DNA of 64,000 bases from Felis catus (lineage: Eukaryota): assembly GCF_018350175.1 (NCBI RefSeq), contig NC_058368.1, positions 199,022,001 through 199,086,000 on the forward strand, written 5' to 3'. This document shows, piece after piece, positions 48,719 through 62,202 of the stretch. Within the stretch, counting starts at the first letter, position 1. The number at the start of each line of letters is the position of its first letter. Position numbers and translations under genes: made by a program. The notes below the pieces were generated by a model. That model ran no database searches. It was not told where the DNA came from and saw only the letters and a list, made by a program, of their open reading frames with translations.

Positions 48719-50703
48719 TTTTGGGTACATTAAAGGGACTGCAGGTCTAGTTGATAATGAAAGCGGTGTTACCTTTTGTGATTAATTGTATGGACTAGTT
48801 ATTCAACCTCCAGTTTTCTGCACCATTCATGGTACTGACTTTCTGCTTTTTAGTTTTCAGTTTTAGAAAACAAATTCTTGTTAAACTTACATCTGTTGAC
48901 TTTGAGGATACCCCTGGGAAATCGGTAAAGATTTTTAAAATCAAAGATCACTATACTCTTGCTAATTTCCCAAGGAGGAGCCCAAGTCGAGACAGAAACC
49001 CAACTCGAATTATATCTGTGGTGCCTGGGAGTAAATGTGAAAAGAGAAAACAATCATGAGCAATTAGCTGGGTCTTTTTGGGTCAATGTCAGCAATGATT
49101 CCACTGTGAACCCTAAGCCCCTCCCTTCTATTCTCCCCTCAGCCACATTTCCAGTCAGCAAAGCAAAGAGGGCCTCTGATTCATATTGTTTCTCCGGAAT
49201 TAGGCTCGGCAGCCTTCTCCTGACTTCTTAAAAAACCTGTCCCTTCTTCTGGTCATCATTGTCTTTCTGTTATTATTTGAAAAACCTCTTTACTGGAAAA
49301 CTGCTTGGCACCAAGCACCCCTTCTTTCAGTTAGAGCAGCTTCAAGTTCCCATTGGCCCACACATAACGCTGCCAGCTACTTGCGCGGGAGGGAGGGTGA
49401 GTGAGGAAGGCACTTCTTTTAAAACACTCCACATTTCTATTGCCACTGGGAACCAACAGCTCTCTCCAAATAAGTCACATCTGGCGAAACCCTGTCAGAA
49501 TGGACCAATGGATCAGGGCAACCTCATCAGGGGTCCTGGCTCTGCTGTGCTGTAGACCCAAGTAGAAAAGAGACCTGGTTCAGTAGGGGAGCTTGACTGG
49601 CCAGTTGTCTGAGGTGCTCTGAGGTGCTCAGAAAGATGCCACTGTCTGGGGGAGTCTCTCCTTGAGTTCCCATCTTGGCCCCAAAGGAGGGCATTTTGCA
49701 TGTGGGGAGGATGACCTCCTCTCCTCTCATCCCCCTTCTCTGATTGGTGAGGTGGGATGGAGAACTAGACCACGTGCAGTACAGTCCCTTCCTGTCTCAC
49801 TTTCTGAGAAGCCTCCTTTAGACTCAAGCTTTCTGTATTCTCCAGAAGCTTCCTGGGACTGAACTTTGATTTGCAGAGAGTAGGGCTACATTTCCAGGTG
49901 GGAACACCAGGCAGGTCAGTGTGAGAAGTCTTGAGAGCCAACTGGGACCCCCTCCTTGCCGTGTTCTCCAGTCTAACTTGATGAGCAATAGAATGGACAT
50001 TCTTGTCTCCAGCTCCGGGCCTCCTTTGTCTATGTCTCAATAGCTTTGAGGCTTGGAGTGCAAGAGAAGGGTCGTAAGTAATCATCACCCTCAAACTCCC
50101 ACATGCCCTCAGGAGTGAAGAGGAGAGGAGCCAGAGGGCTGCTGGGGAATCCCCTGAGAAAACCGTGAGCACCTAAACAAAACAAAGTGATGTAGGAAAG
50201 GCATTGCTGACCAGCATGAAGACTGAGGAAGAGACACAAGAATACAAGAAAGCTGACTTATGTTTTTCTCCTAGGGAATCCACTTAAAAAAATGAAGCTG
50301 GGGGAGGGGGGTGCGGGGAAGTTATGCTGAAGGAAAAAAAAAAAGGAAGAATGAAGCAGAAAAACCTTAACAAGCAGAACAAGGGTCCCTCTTGGAGTTT
50401 TTTTGAAGAATGTGCCTTTCAGGATTAGTTTCATGGCAAAGATTGTGAAGAAGAATCATCTGGCAGTGTGCCTTCAAGCTATTATTAGAAGGTTCCTTAG
50501 AATATCTACCTAGTAGCTGCTGGAATTTGATTTACATGAGCGTGTTCTTGTGATCTTTGGGAGGGTAGTAGGTACTGAAAGTAGGGAATTTAACTAAGTC
50601 TTCCAAATGTAGGAAATCAGACCTGCAGGAGTAAGAGAATTTGTTGGGAGAGAGAGGCAGAGAGCATTCTGACTCATTAGTAAGATAAGACTTCATCCTA
50701 GGC

Positions 50704-51118
50704 CAGTTGTTCTCCATCTATTAGAATCACCAAGGAAATTCTTGGGGCGCCTGGGTGGCGCAGTCGGTTAAGCGTCCGACTTCAGCCAGGTCACGATCTC
50801 GCAGTCCGGGAGTTCGAGCCCTGCGTCAGGCTCTGGGCTGATGGCTCAGAGCCTGGAGCCTGTTTCCGATTCTGTGTCTCCCTCTCTCTCTGCCCCTCCC
50901 CCGTTCATGCTCTGTCTCTCTCTGTCCTATAAATAAATAAACGTTGAAAAAAAATTAAAAAAAAAAAAAAGAATCACCAAGGAAATTCCAAACCATCCCA
51001 ATGCTTAAATCCCTTCCCACACCATTCAAATCAGGCATTCTGGGAACAGGCCAGGGTGTCAGCATTGTCAAAAACTTCCTAGAGGATTCTGGTGTGCAGC
51101 TGGCACCGAGAAACAGTG
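50704..51118. mobile_element. MER5-type hAT MITE interrupted by a young SINE
   Basis: cagttgttctc ... gagaaacagtg ends; 8-bp TSD tcctaggc / ttctaggc. Confidence 0.75.
50744..50969 (+). mobile_element. Young SINEC_Fc
   Basis: Near-consensus body; 19-bp TSD agaatcaccaaggaaattc 50723-50741 / 50970-50988. Confidence 0.98.
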
Positions 51119-51222
51119 TTCTAGGCTAAGGGAACATCAGCCATCTGTGCCCTGCTTTCTTTGATGTATATCTGGGGTGGGGAGGCGGGTGTTATACACT
51201 CATTTTTCCCTAATGAACTAAA

Positions 51223-51504
51223 GCTTTGCTACTCAAAGAGTGGCCCTTGGACCAGCTGCATTAGCATTACCCTTGTTCAAAACTGCAGAACCTTGGGCCC
51301 CACCCTCGACCTAGATCTGTTGAATCTGAACTGTAGTGGGGAAATGTTTCTGAAACTTTAATGTGCATAGGAAACACCTGGAATCTTGTTAAAACACAGA
51401 TTCTGTTTTAGTAGGTCTGGGGTGCAATCCAAGATCCTGCCTTCTAACAAGCTCCCAAGTGATTTCAGTGTTGCTGATCCATGGACCACAGTTTGAGTAG
51501 CAAG
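51223..51504. mobile_element. Two MER5A1-like elements in inverted orientation
   Basis: Starts ctttgctactcaaa and ends tttgagtagcaagg; MER5 internal motifs occur in both orientations. Confidence 0.75.
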
Positions 51505-54500
51505 GCAATAGGGGACTTAGAGCAGCAACAAATAAAAGTTGCTCAAAGAACAGTGCTCCAGCTTTCGACCACTCTGTAGGAACAGTGCTGAAAAAATTGC
51601 ATGGAACATCTTCAGGGACATTAAAGGCACTTCAGGGACATTAAAGGGGTGGGTGTCATTCCCGAGGCAGCTAATTAATAATTATAACCATCAAGAGATG
51701 CCATTGCTGGGAACTTCCAGAAGCTGTCAATTGGGGCTGGCACCAACGGAAACTACAAGGGGAAAAATCAAATTAACAAGACTGCTTAGCAAGTTGGAAC
51801 TCTCTTTGCATATCAGCCCAAGTCACACTAGAGAATGAAGAAATTGGCCTTTTCTATCCCTTGCTATCTGGAGGAGAGAACCAGTCTTTCCATATACTTC
51901 ACACTGAAATTAGAAAGTAATAATTTCCCATTAGGATTCCCCTTAGGGTTATGTATTCCTGTACTCCGCAAATATTTGTTGAGCTCCTACTTTGTACCAG
52001 GCAGTGTGCTAAGACTTAGATTTGGAAGGCTAGAAAGGGGGTGGGGGGGTGGGCAGGGGTGCTCCAGCCAGCTGTAGGGAACTAGAATTGCAACCCAGCC
52101 CTCATCACAGAGTACACTGTGGCCAGAGAGAAGGTTATGCTGGGATGGTGCCTATAAACATCTTAGCTATTATGTAAATCCCAGGCCTAACATCAGTTGA
52201 TGTCAATTTCAGAAATAAGACCATATATGATTCATTTGGAATCAGGCAATGGAAAAGTCAATGCTTTTACTGGAAGGAATCTGACGCCACTGAGCTGCTC
52301 TAGGATAAAGACTAAGTACACGATATTTGGGAATGGAATGGCAGCCATGGAAGATATTGTATGACTATACTTGGGCTGCAATACTGGAACCAATATGTGA
52401 TTTTGGTAAAGATTTGGTTCTAGGCAAGAGATATAAGTAGTAGCTTGCACCTCGGGCTGTAGCCCTCCTCCTCATACAGAAAGACTTGCCTGTGTCATTT
52501 GGAAGGTCTCTTCCAGGGCACCCTGAACGAGGGTGCTCAGAAGAGGTAGGACTGCTCTCTGGAGCTCTCACTCTGTAAACAATGTTCCTTATGATTTGTG
52601 TCAGGCCCAAGGGCTTCCTCTTTAAAGAGATGTGCCCATCTCTTGTCAAGGTAGGAAGACATCTCATTCAATATGTACTTTGATGGCCCAGGCGCAGGGG
52701 GATGTTGAATAGAATCTCTGAGAGGAGCTCCTGCACTTCAGCAGAACAAGGAGCACAATATGAACTCATAATTAGCAGCAGGAATCAGGAACCCTATGGG
52801 GAAACCATTATAATTTCCTCCCTTGCAAAGACACATTAGATTCTGCAGCTTACTGATGTTAAATGACTTGTATAAAGTTACAGGGTAGTAAATATCAGTG
52901 GAGAAGAACAGAGGTTTTCTGACTTCGAATACCAAAACTCTATCCAAACCCTCATAGAACTGAAGTTAATGGGGAGGGAAATGAAAAGTGATTAAGAAAC
53001 AGTGAAACTACAGAGGGAAAAGTCTGCTATTATTGTTGGGCGTGTACGTGCAAAACGAAACGTGTAATCATCTTCATTTGAAAGGCCTCCATGTGGTGGT
53101 GGGGGGGACACACAACAATGTCAATGGAAGATTGGGTCACTCTGGTCAAAGGAGTGTGCAGTATCACTGTGGAAATAGAACAAATATAATGGATATACAA
53201 AATAACACAATATAAGCCCCAAATATCTATCTATGTGATGACAGCTCTATGAGGAACCAGGCAGCAGGGAGGAGACAAGTGTGTGGGAAGAAAGGAAATT
53301 ATTATAAAGCCACAGTGTCAGCATGTACCCAAGGAAGGCCCTTGTGCTAAGGCAGGTTTAGATCACCTCATGGGGCTAAAACAGAGCCCTCCAAAGGTCT
53401 CCAAGATCTTGGGACTAGTGAGAGTAGAAAATGAAATTTTTCCAGCCAAGTCTGGTTGGAAAGAGAAGAGGAGGAACAAGGAAATCTCCACTGTACCATA
53501 CAGACAGAAAGGAAAAGAAAGACAAGTGGGTCAGAAGCCATGTGCATATTGGAGCACACTTGTGAGAACAATTTGGTAAAATGAGTTAAATCCCTTCCCT
53601 CCAATTTTTACCTCTTTCCAAAGCATCCTACATCTCAGATCATTCATGCTAAAGTTTTTTTCTTCTTGTTGAATATGCTATCTAGCTAGTAGCAACTGCT
53701 TCTCTTAGCTTCCAACTTGACAAAAATATTTGTGAAGGCTCAAGTAAGGATGAAAATGCACTGAATAAGATTCTTCTTATTCAACAAAGAAAACAAACCC
53801 TACTGTTGGAAGCTGAGAGAGATTTTTAATACGGTTGATGGATCCAAATTGGAGGGCAGAATAATGTGGCATACCCACGAGCTAGCTGTACTCCCAGTTG
53901 TAAGACAGCTCCGCACCTGAGAGAGAGGAAGAAGATCCCATGAATTGTCCTCTACCTTCCTGTTCCTCTTTGTTCAGAGACATGGGTGTGTGCACCCTGC
54001 TGAGAATGGGACCCCTGTTCCTGTAATAGATGTGGACTCTCCTTCCCACTGTGATCTATGTTTATTGATGCATGGCCCACTGAGACTGATGGTGGAGTAT
54101 TGCTGATTTAGGTCCCTCCCAGAGAACACCATAGACGGTGAAAAAAACCAGAGTAAAAAGCTCAGGGAGCATGCTTGCAGGAGACCCCAGTTTTCAATGT
54201 ATTTAATTGGTTCAGCACATCAGTGAGCCATGCTGTGGAATTAGGGGAAAAAGTTTATATCTCTTTCCAGGAAAGCCAACACGACGCATGCCTGAGTGAC
54301 CAGGAATTGGGTTGTGTGCTGTGCACTTCCGTCTCATTTCTGATCACGGGCCTAAGGTAATAGAACCTGCACCTCCAATGGACCCACTTGAGTCTGGACA
54401 CCACCTATACCAGGTAGGCTGCTGAATCTGTCAGGATGGAGTCAGAACTGGTACCAGCCTCCATCTCTACCATCTACTCATACAGCATCACTCCAGACCC

Positions 54501-55612
54501 AGGAGCCCAGAGGTGGTCACGGAATTGTCAGCCTGGTGCCCTTTCTTAATCGGCACTGACTTGTGAGTTGAAGCCTATTGGTCCGCTCCACTCCACACAG
54601 TTCTGCCTTCAGGTGCATAGGCTCTGAGACACTAAAGAGTACCAGCTGGGAAAGGACCATGCTGACTTATTCACCACTAAATGACTGGTGTCCAGTCCTA
54701 CCTTGTAGTGATGCTCAATAAATGTTTATTGAACTTTCTGCAGGATTATGCATTGGCATTGTGGTCATTCTTTTGACTGCATGTATTTATTTATTCATTC
54801 TTTCATGTAAATGTTTCTCAATATGTAGGCTTATGAATTGTAGCATTCTGGATGGAAGATGAAAGATTTGGGGAAAAAAAAAACGAAGGAAGAGAAATAT
54901 CATAAAACTTCTAGTGGGTGGGAGCAAACGCCCCAACTGAGCCAAATCATTTTGTTTCTTCTTTTCCCCATCCAGGAAAGAAGTAGCTCCAGGATATACC
55001 TGGAAGGCCACTATGCTAAAGGAGATGGGCTAATGAGAGCAGAGGAGCAGAGGCAGCCAAGACAAGGCTGGAAGCAGGTTCCGGTTTTTCACGTAAGGGC
55101 AGCGGGTTGCCTGCCACACCTGGTTTCGTGTGGTCAGAACAAGCAGCCTCACAGAAGCAGGGATGTGAATGGAAGGGTATAAACTTGAGATGGACCTTGG
55201 AGACAGGCATGGGAAGAATGCAGAAACAGCTGGAAGGTGTTCACTGTAGAGCTGGGTAGGTGAGAGATATAACCAGGTTTGGTTTCTGAGGATTCAAAGC
55301 CAGCACAACTGATAAGGCCACACAGAGGACTGGCTGTAGAATCTGAGCATTGGCACCTTGAAGGCACTTAGGAGAATGGGAAAGTGGAGCTCACATGACA
55401 TACCAAGGATCCCTCTCCACACACTCACTCCACCCCTCCCAAGTGACCACTGCTATCTATTCCTGGAAAGTAACACAAACCTAACATCATTACGACTAAG
55501 CTTCAGCCTAGAAACTGAACTTTGATATTGATGGTTAATGCTATTTAATACTATAATTCTCAACCCTGGAGGCACACTAGAATAATCTGGATCTTTAAAA
55601 AAAAACAAAACA

Positions 55613-55830
55613 GGGGCACGTGGGTGGTTCAGTGGTTGAGCGACTGACTTTGGTGTAGGTCATGATCTCGTGGTACATAGTTTGAGCCCCACATCGGGTT
55701 CTCTGCTGTCAGCCTGTCAGCACAGAGCTGGCTTCGGATCCTCTGCCCTCCTCTCTCTCTCTGCCCCTCCCCGGCTTGTGCTTTCTCTCAATAAACAAAC
55801 AAACAAACATTCAAAACAAAACAAAAAAAA
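55613..55830 (+). mobile_element. CanSINE within a MER5-like element (~55550-55930)
   Basis: ggggcacgtgggtggttcagtgg head and (CAAA)n tail. Confidence 0.92.
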
Positions 55831-56613
55831 CCAAAGCACAATACCGAAGCCCACCCCAGACCAATTAGGATTTCTGGGTCTGCACCCTGGGTGTTGGTAT
55901 AGTGTTAAAACTACACCCCAGCCGATTCTAATCTCCACTGATCTTATGGGGGAGGTGGATTTGGAGGCAACCAGAGGGCCTTACTACAGAAGTGTAGTCG
56001 GCAGACCAGCATCTGCACACTGGAAGCTTGGAAATACAGCATGTCAGGCACCACCCTGGACCTACCAGATCGGAACTTGCATTTTAATAGGATCCTCAGA
56101 GCATTTGTGAGTGCTTGAAAGTTTTAGTTCTCTGATAGAGGGAAAGATCTTGCAAATTCTCAGCTGTGACCTGTTGAAACAGCCAAAGAATCAGAAGAAT
56201 CTTAGCCACTTAACTCAGAGATGCCAGTTTCCCTCAGGTGCCAGGCAAGATGGTGGAAGAGTCAGGGAGGCCTGCCACCCCAACAGACCACATGGGCCAT
56301 AAAGACTCTACACAAGGGAGGAGACAATATGGAGCGGTGAGGACTGAGGGGAAGAGCACACCCCACTGGGGAGAGAAATGTGACTCTACTCCAGGTGCCC
56401 TTCTGCCCCAGTGGTGATATGGTTCCCGCTGCAGTTGCTCTGAGAAAATGCAGACCCCACCGTGCTAGGCCTTTCAGTTTTTCAAGAGAAGTTGGGAATG
56501 TAAATTTTAACATTAAATCTCTGGATTTTTAAGTGTTGGCAACTAATGCATGTTTAAAAAGGGTTTTGCCAGGGGTGGCGCTGCGGGGGGGGGTGGCGGG
56601 GGGGGGGCACGGA

Positions 56614-56820
56614 GAGGTGCCTGAGTGTCTCAGTCGGTTGAGTGTCGAATTCTTGATTTAGGCTCAGGTCATGATCCCAGGGTTGTGGGATCAAGTCAGG
56701 TGTCAGGCTCCACGCTGAGTGTGGAGGCTGCTTAAGATTCTATCTCTCCCTCTGCCCATCTCCCCAGCTCATGCACCTTCTCCCTCTCCCTCTCTCTCTC
56801 TCTCAAATTTAAAAAATATA
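56614..56820 (+). mobile_element. CanSINE (older)
   Basis: gaggtgcctgagtgtctcagtcggttgag head and (CT)n. Confidence 0.9.
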
Positions 56821-56825
56821 TATTA

Positions 56826-57023
56826 CTTTTTTAAATGTTTACTTATTTTTGAAAGAGAGTGCACATGCGGGAGCCGGAGAGGGGCAGAGAGGGGGACAGA
56901 GGATCCAAAGCAGGCTTGGCACTGACAGCAGAGAGCCCAATGTGGGGCCCAAACTCACAAATCCTGAGATCATGACCTGAGCTGATGTTGGATGCTTAAC
57001 CGACTGAGCCACCCAGGTGCCCC
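56826..57023 (-). mobile_element. CanSINE inserted antisense in the tail of the previous SINE
   Basis: Reverse body followed by an A run at ~57025-57045 that looks like the rest of the first SINE's tail. Confidence 0.9.
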
Positions 57024-57888
57024 TAAAAAAAAAAAAAAAAAAAAAGATATTTTCTATAAGCAAAGCACAACACCCTGTAGGGCAGATTGCACCCATGAAA
57101 CATTGCTAATCAAATTGAACCCTTTATGGATAAAGGACATGAGTCTGTTTTTTCTCATTCTCAAATTCCAGGATACCGTGACTCCAGGTTAAGCATCATC
57201 TTAATTTTCTACTTTTGTTTTGTTTTAGGTACTAGGGAGCTGCTGTCTGACAGAGTTCTAGAGCCTCTGCAGGTGGAGATGGCTATGGGGGTGGGGGTGG
57301 TGGGTGGGGGACAGGTTTCTCTGGAAAGGCAATTGAAGAAGCTCAAATCTGATATCCAGACGTGTTAAGTGTTTTGTAAGCCCGGTGTCATCTGCCAGAG
57401 GGGCAGACAAAAACCTTTCCATTGACATTTTCTTCAACACCAGGCTTGTTTTGAGAGTCTGGGCCAGGTGACAATGATGGCACCAAGAGCTTGTTTTCCC
57501 AATTGGAGTCAAAACATTTGCTGAGCAACCCCATAAATTGGCTAGACAAAAGTAAATAGGAAGGAGAGACATGGGAAAGGTGAGGTGACCACACAGCCCT
57601 GGGTAAAAGGATCACTGGAGGAAAGGATGCCACAGAAGAGGTCATGGTGACCAGCTACTCAGTTAACATGTGCCATTCATTCTTTCATTCTGCCACAGAT
57701 ATTTATTTAGCACCTACTGTATGCCAGACACAGCCCTCTATGCTATGAACACAATAGTGAATAAGGTCAACCAAGTTCCTGCACAACATTTTTCACAACT
57801 GACAACATTTTTCACATCACACATATGCCCTCCCTGCATCTTCATGTCCTTGCTCCCATCTCCACATCACTGCCAACAGCCTATTCTT

Positions 57889-58079
57889 TTTTTTTTTTTT
57901 TAAGTTTATTTCGAGAGAGCAAGAGCATTAGCAGGAGAGAGGCAGAGGGAGAATCCAAAGCAGGCTCCATGCTGACAGTGTGGAGCTTGATGCGGAGCTC
58001 AGTCTCACGAGCCATGACATCGTGACCTGGACCAAAATCAAGAGTCAGAACGCTTAACTGACTGAACCACCCAGGCACC
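57889..58079 (-). mobile_element. CanSINE
   Basis: Perfect TSD tgccaacagcctattctt 57871-57888 / 58080-58097. Confidence 0.95.
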
Positions 58080-60199
58080 TGCCAACAGCCTATTCTTAAA
58101 CCACATGGTTGCAGTGTACTCATGTCATTTTCCCATCAGCCATCATGGACCTGGGAATCCTGATGGACTTTGCTCTTTGCAGAAGCTTGGGCAATGCAGA
58201 GGCCCTATAATACCATCAGACCACACATGGGTTGTGAGGAGTCTGCTGTACCAAGATCGGCATTTACTGCAGATCGCACACCCAGGAAAGTTGGAATATA
58301 TCAAGGAACTTACTGTCTTATCTCTTTCACCTTAAATAGGTGGCTGTTCAGTGTTTCACTCCAAATTCTCACCTTCTATGATTTTTAAATTTCACTGTGA
58401 CATTTTCTTGCAGTCAGAAGTGGTCATCTTTAGTCTCTGAACCTTATCTAAGTTGGAAGTCTCATTTCATAGAATCCCAGTTAAGACATATTCATAATGA
58501 GAAATAATAAATTCAGGCCAACCGCAGAAGCACAGTAGCCTGTTAGAAAGGATAACAGCAATTCCTGCAAAAATAGGTGTAATTATTAGTTTGTATGATA
58601 GAATCTTTGTTCAGTTCATCTTCTCTATCAAGAAAGAATATGAAGAGAAATGGTGATTTGTGACTGTCTGGAAGCCTCATTAAAGTCCAATTGTTTAAAT
58701 CTGAAGAGGTAAATTTCTCTGGACAATGCTATTAATTATCACTGCCTGGGTAGGTATCTGCATCTATACAGGCACCAGTAAATTACTAAAATAATTCACC
58801 CACCAGGCCTCAATAATAGATGCAGTTATTTTTTTCCTGGAAATTTGCTTTATTTTTCCCTTTAGTATTTCTAAATTATTCACATTACTTTTAACCATAG
58901 GAATGATAACAAAATTCTACCCTTTCTGGCTGAATCTCATATACCCTCAAGTCCCCAAATGTTTATTAAATAGGGGCTCATGGTGTGGGCACATTGCTTC
59001 TTATAGGGTTTAAGGTCTTGGAATTCATTCTTTATGTATTTCCATTGCTTTACAAGGGAAATTGGTGCAAGCCCTTTCATTGCATGCCCCACTCCTGATC
59101 CTGGGCTTTCTCAAATGTAACATCTCCCACTCCCTCCTGGAACTCTGCCTGTCCTCCTTCAACCCTTCATCAACTTGTTTCTTGCCCTCTTTTAACACTT
59201 TCCTATATAGAGATTATTCCAAAGAAATAATACCAATGCTTTGTTGGGGAGCAGAAATGAGGACCCAACTTATAGTTATAAAACAAGGCAGGCACTGCTG
59301 GCCTTGTCAGCTGATGTGAACCAGAGACCCAGGGACTGAAACAAGGTATATGCATCACCCCTCAATGGGGTTTGGTCTGCTAAGGGCGACAGATAAGAAA
59401 CTACTTTCTGTATTGCTCCACTGGTGGCAGACTGGTCATGCTCACTGACTGGGCAGCCAGAAGTCTAAGCCATCTGACTAGGTTTGGATTGCCTGGCTGG
59501 CTGGGTTTAGCTCTCACAATAGAGTGTCCCCAGGCAAAGCCATGAGGCTGACTGTGGTTCCCAGGAGCAGAGACTATTTGGTATCCTGCTTGGCACTGCG
59601 CCTGTCACATCAAGAGCCCTCCATGGGCATTTGCTGAAACTTTTACTAAGGTTTTTGGTGCTCTTGCATTTTTCCCACCCACCCATGTAGCCCATGGGAT
59701 TGTCAGGCATCTGTCCATCCATACTACAGGAACAGATCTGATAAGCATCAACACTTTGAAGTTTAATAGGTCACCTCTTCCTTCTAGGAGCATTTTTGTT
59801 TGTTTTTGAAGAGGAATACAAATTTTTAAGCAAGCAAGACTATAGTTTTTAAAATAACAAGACAAATAGCTGCCACAGGGACAATTGAGTTCGGTGCACT
59901 TTATCAGTGCATCTTTCCTTGCAGGAAACGCTCACACTATGGTAGATACTTCTGATTGTATTGAATACACAACAGCCATTTCCCCAGGTTGTTCTTGTCA
60001 ATAGAGTTCTAATACATTCACATGTGGCTCTGTGCTTTAAGAAAGCAGGGCCCATTCTCAGCTGTGATTAATTTAAGGCAACCATGGTGGGTCTCTTCCC
60101 CTTGCTAACAATTGGCTTAGAAAAAGTCATGGTAACAATTATAGCCAATAAGATATAAGGAAAGGTTTTTGAGACGTGTGGGGTGAAGCATGGGAAAGT

Positions 60200-60510
60200 A
60201 TTTCTCTTTATCAATAAGCGTCAGTCTCACCATGGCCTCCACGTCTTGTGTGAGGATGCTATGGTCGGGGCTGTTGCCACCATCTTTTAACCATGAAGAG
60301 ATGAGCTTAGGAGCAAAGCCAACACCCTGAGGACAGCAGAGCATAATTATGAAAAGAATCTAGCTTTTGATGATGTTGAGCCACTAACTTAACTCACCCT
60401 GGACGTGCCATCTCTCAGACTGTTCCTCCTTTGAGAAAATATTATCCTTTATTGTTTAAGCCAGTTTCGGTTAAGGGTTTTTTCCTTATGGCCAAAAAAC
60501 TAAACACAAG
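60200..60510 (+). mobile_element. Old MaLR LTR (MLT1J-like)
   Basis: aaagccaacaccctgagga...gcagagca; tgatgatgttgagccact; ttattgtttaagccagttt. Confidence 0.7.
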
Positions 60511-62202
60511 AGAGCCAACTTTGATCAGAAGATTGCCAAGCATGCAAGGACTCCAAGCGAGGTGAGTCAATTAAATTCTTTACATGGTGAATAGTCCCAT
60601 GTCTGATCTTCTATTTTCCCATAGAAACCAGACAGTCAAGTGCTCCAGTGAACTATCTCCTTCCCTGAACTCTGTGGGGTGAATGTTGCCAAATTTAAAC
60701 TCCACTTTGGAGAAGTTAGGAAACTTTTCAGGTGGATTTGAGCCTGAAAACCCAGGGATTTCTACCAGGCTTCTGAAGTCACGGCCTCTTGGGGAATCCC
60801 TCCATTCCCAGTGGCTGTCATGGTCTGGGTTCCAACATAGTGTCCTCCTAAATCTCCACACTGTGGGGCAGGGAGGCATGAGGACTGAGGGAGAAGTCTG
60901 CATTCCCACCATGGGTCCACCATGCTACCCTCTGCCCTGTACTGTCTGCCAGTGGCTTTACTTGCATGAGCATACTTTCTTTGGGAAGAATTTTTTTTTC
61001 TCTCTTTCTGATAAATTTCCTTTAAATTAGTCTCCCTGTGTTTAAAGTTTTTATCACTACTGTAAAGGAATGTGATGGTTTCAGACACTCCATCTGCAGT
61101 TCGAACTAACTTTGCGTGCTTGCCTCCGAAGAAAGTCTTTTCAGGTCATTCATTAGTTGCAAATGGGATAAGTAAACTGTCCTTCCCAGGCAAACTTTAA
61201 CTGATGAATAATAGCTAATGTAAACCAGGTGGGAAATGGACTTTAGATTGTAGGGTCTAAACACAAGGGCGGCTCCAGCTCCCATGATGGGGGTCGGTTA
61301 TAAGCCTCCAGTTGGAGATGGCTCTCCTAGACGTGGAGAATGGAATCAGTACATCATGCATCAAGCAAAGACATGTGAAGTCTTCTAAAGAGGCAAAAAG
61401 AGTCCCCTGGGCAATAATCGCATGTAGGAATTACAAGGCAAAATAAAGACAGGTCCCTCAGAGAATGTGCTGTTCATTCATGGCAGTGGATACAGTAGGA
61501 GCTATGCTGAATGGTCACTGTCTCCTGGGCAGCATTTGCAGCTTTGTATCTGTTCTATTTCATGAGGAGGGCACAGGTAATCCAAGACAAAGTAGTCCTT
61601 GCCCTAGTTCTGAGTTTCAAAATAGAGTTCTTAAGTCTACATAAGAGAGAGTAGTCTAAAAACCAAAGGGCTTTGATTTTTGACCTTGCCAGGGCAGGCT
61701 TTGTTGGGAAAGAATTTCTGCTGGCGTTCCAAAATCTTGCTTTTGATATCAAGAGCAAAGGTAGAAAATGGATCACATAGAGCTTGCACATTAAACTTAG
61801 AGCGGGAAAGAATGCATGCTGAGTGAAGTACAGGCGTCTGGTTCATACAAAAAGAGGACAAAACTCCTCTTAGGGCAGATGGAGGAGTAGGGAGAGGATG
61901 GAGAGAAAAGAAAACGGCTAGCTGTTGGTGCTAATCCCTACTCCCTGACAACCACCTGATCCAACATGTGCTGGTGGATTCTAGACTCCCTCATTTGATA
62001 TTTACTAAGTGCCTGATGCTGTTCCAGGTGCTTGAGCTATATCCCTGAACAAAACAGAGATGCCTGTCCTCCTGGAGTTTATAGCCTAACTGGGGAAGAC
62101 AGATGTAACCAATAAACATAATAAATTATTCGGTGTAATCTAGTGATAAAAGAAAAAATAGAGGAAGATAAGGATGCAAAGCCTGATTGAAATTCAAAGC
62201 CT

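Larger units (their letters stand above)
56440..57095. mobile_element. MER103-like hAT remnant hosting two SINEs
   Basis: ttttcaagagaag ... gatttttaagtgttggcaactaat. Confidence 0.55.
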
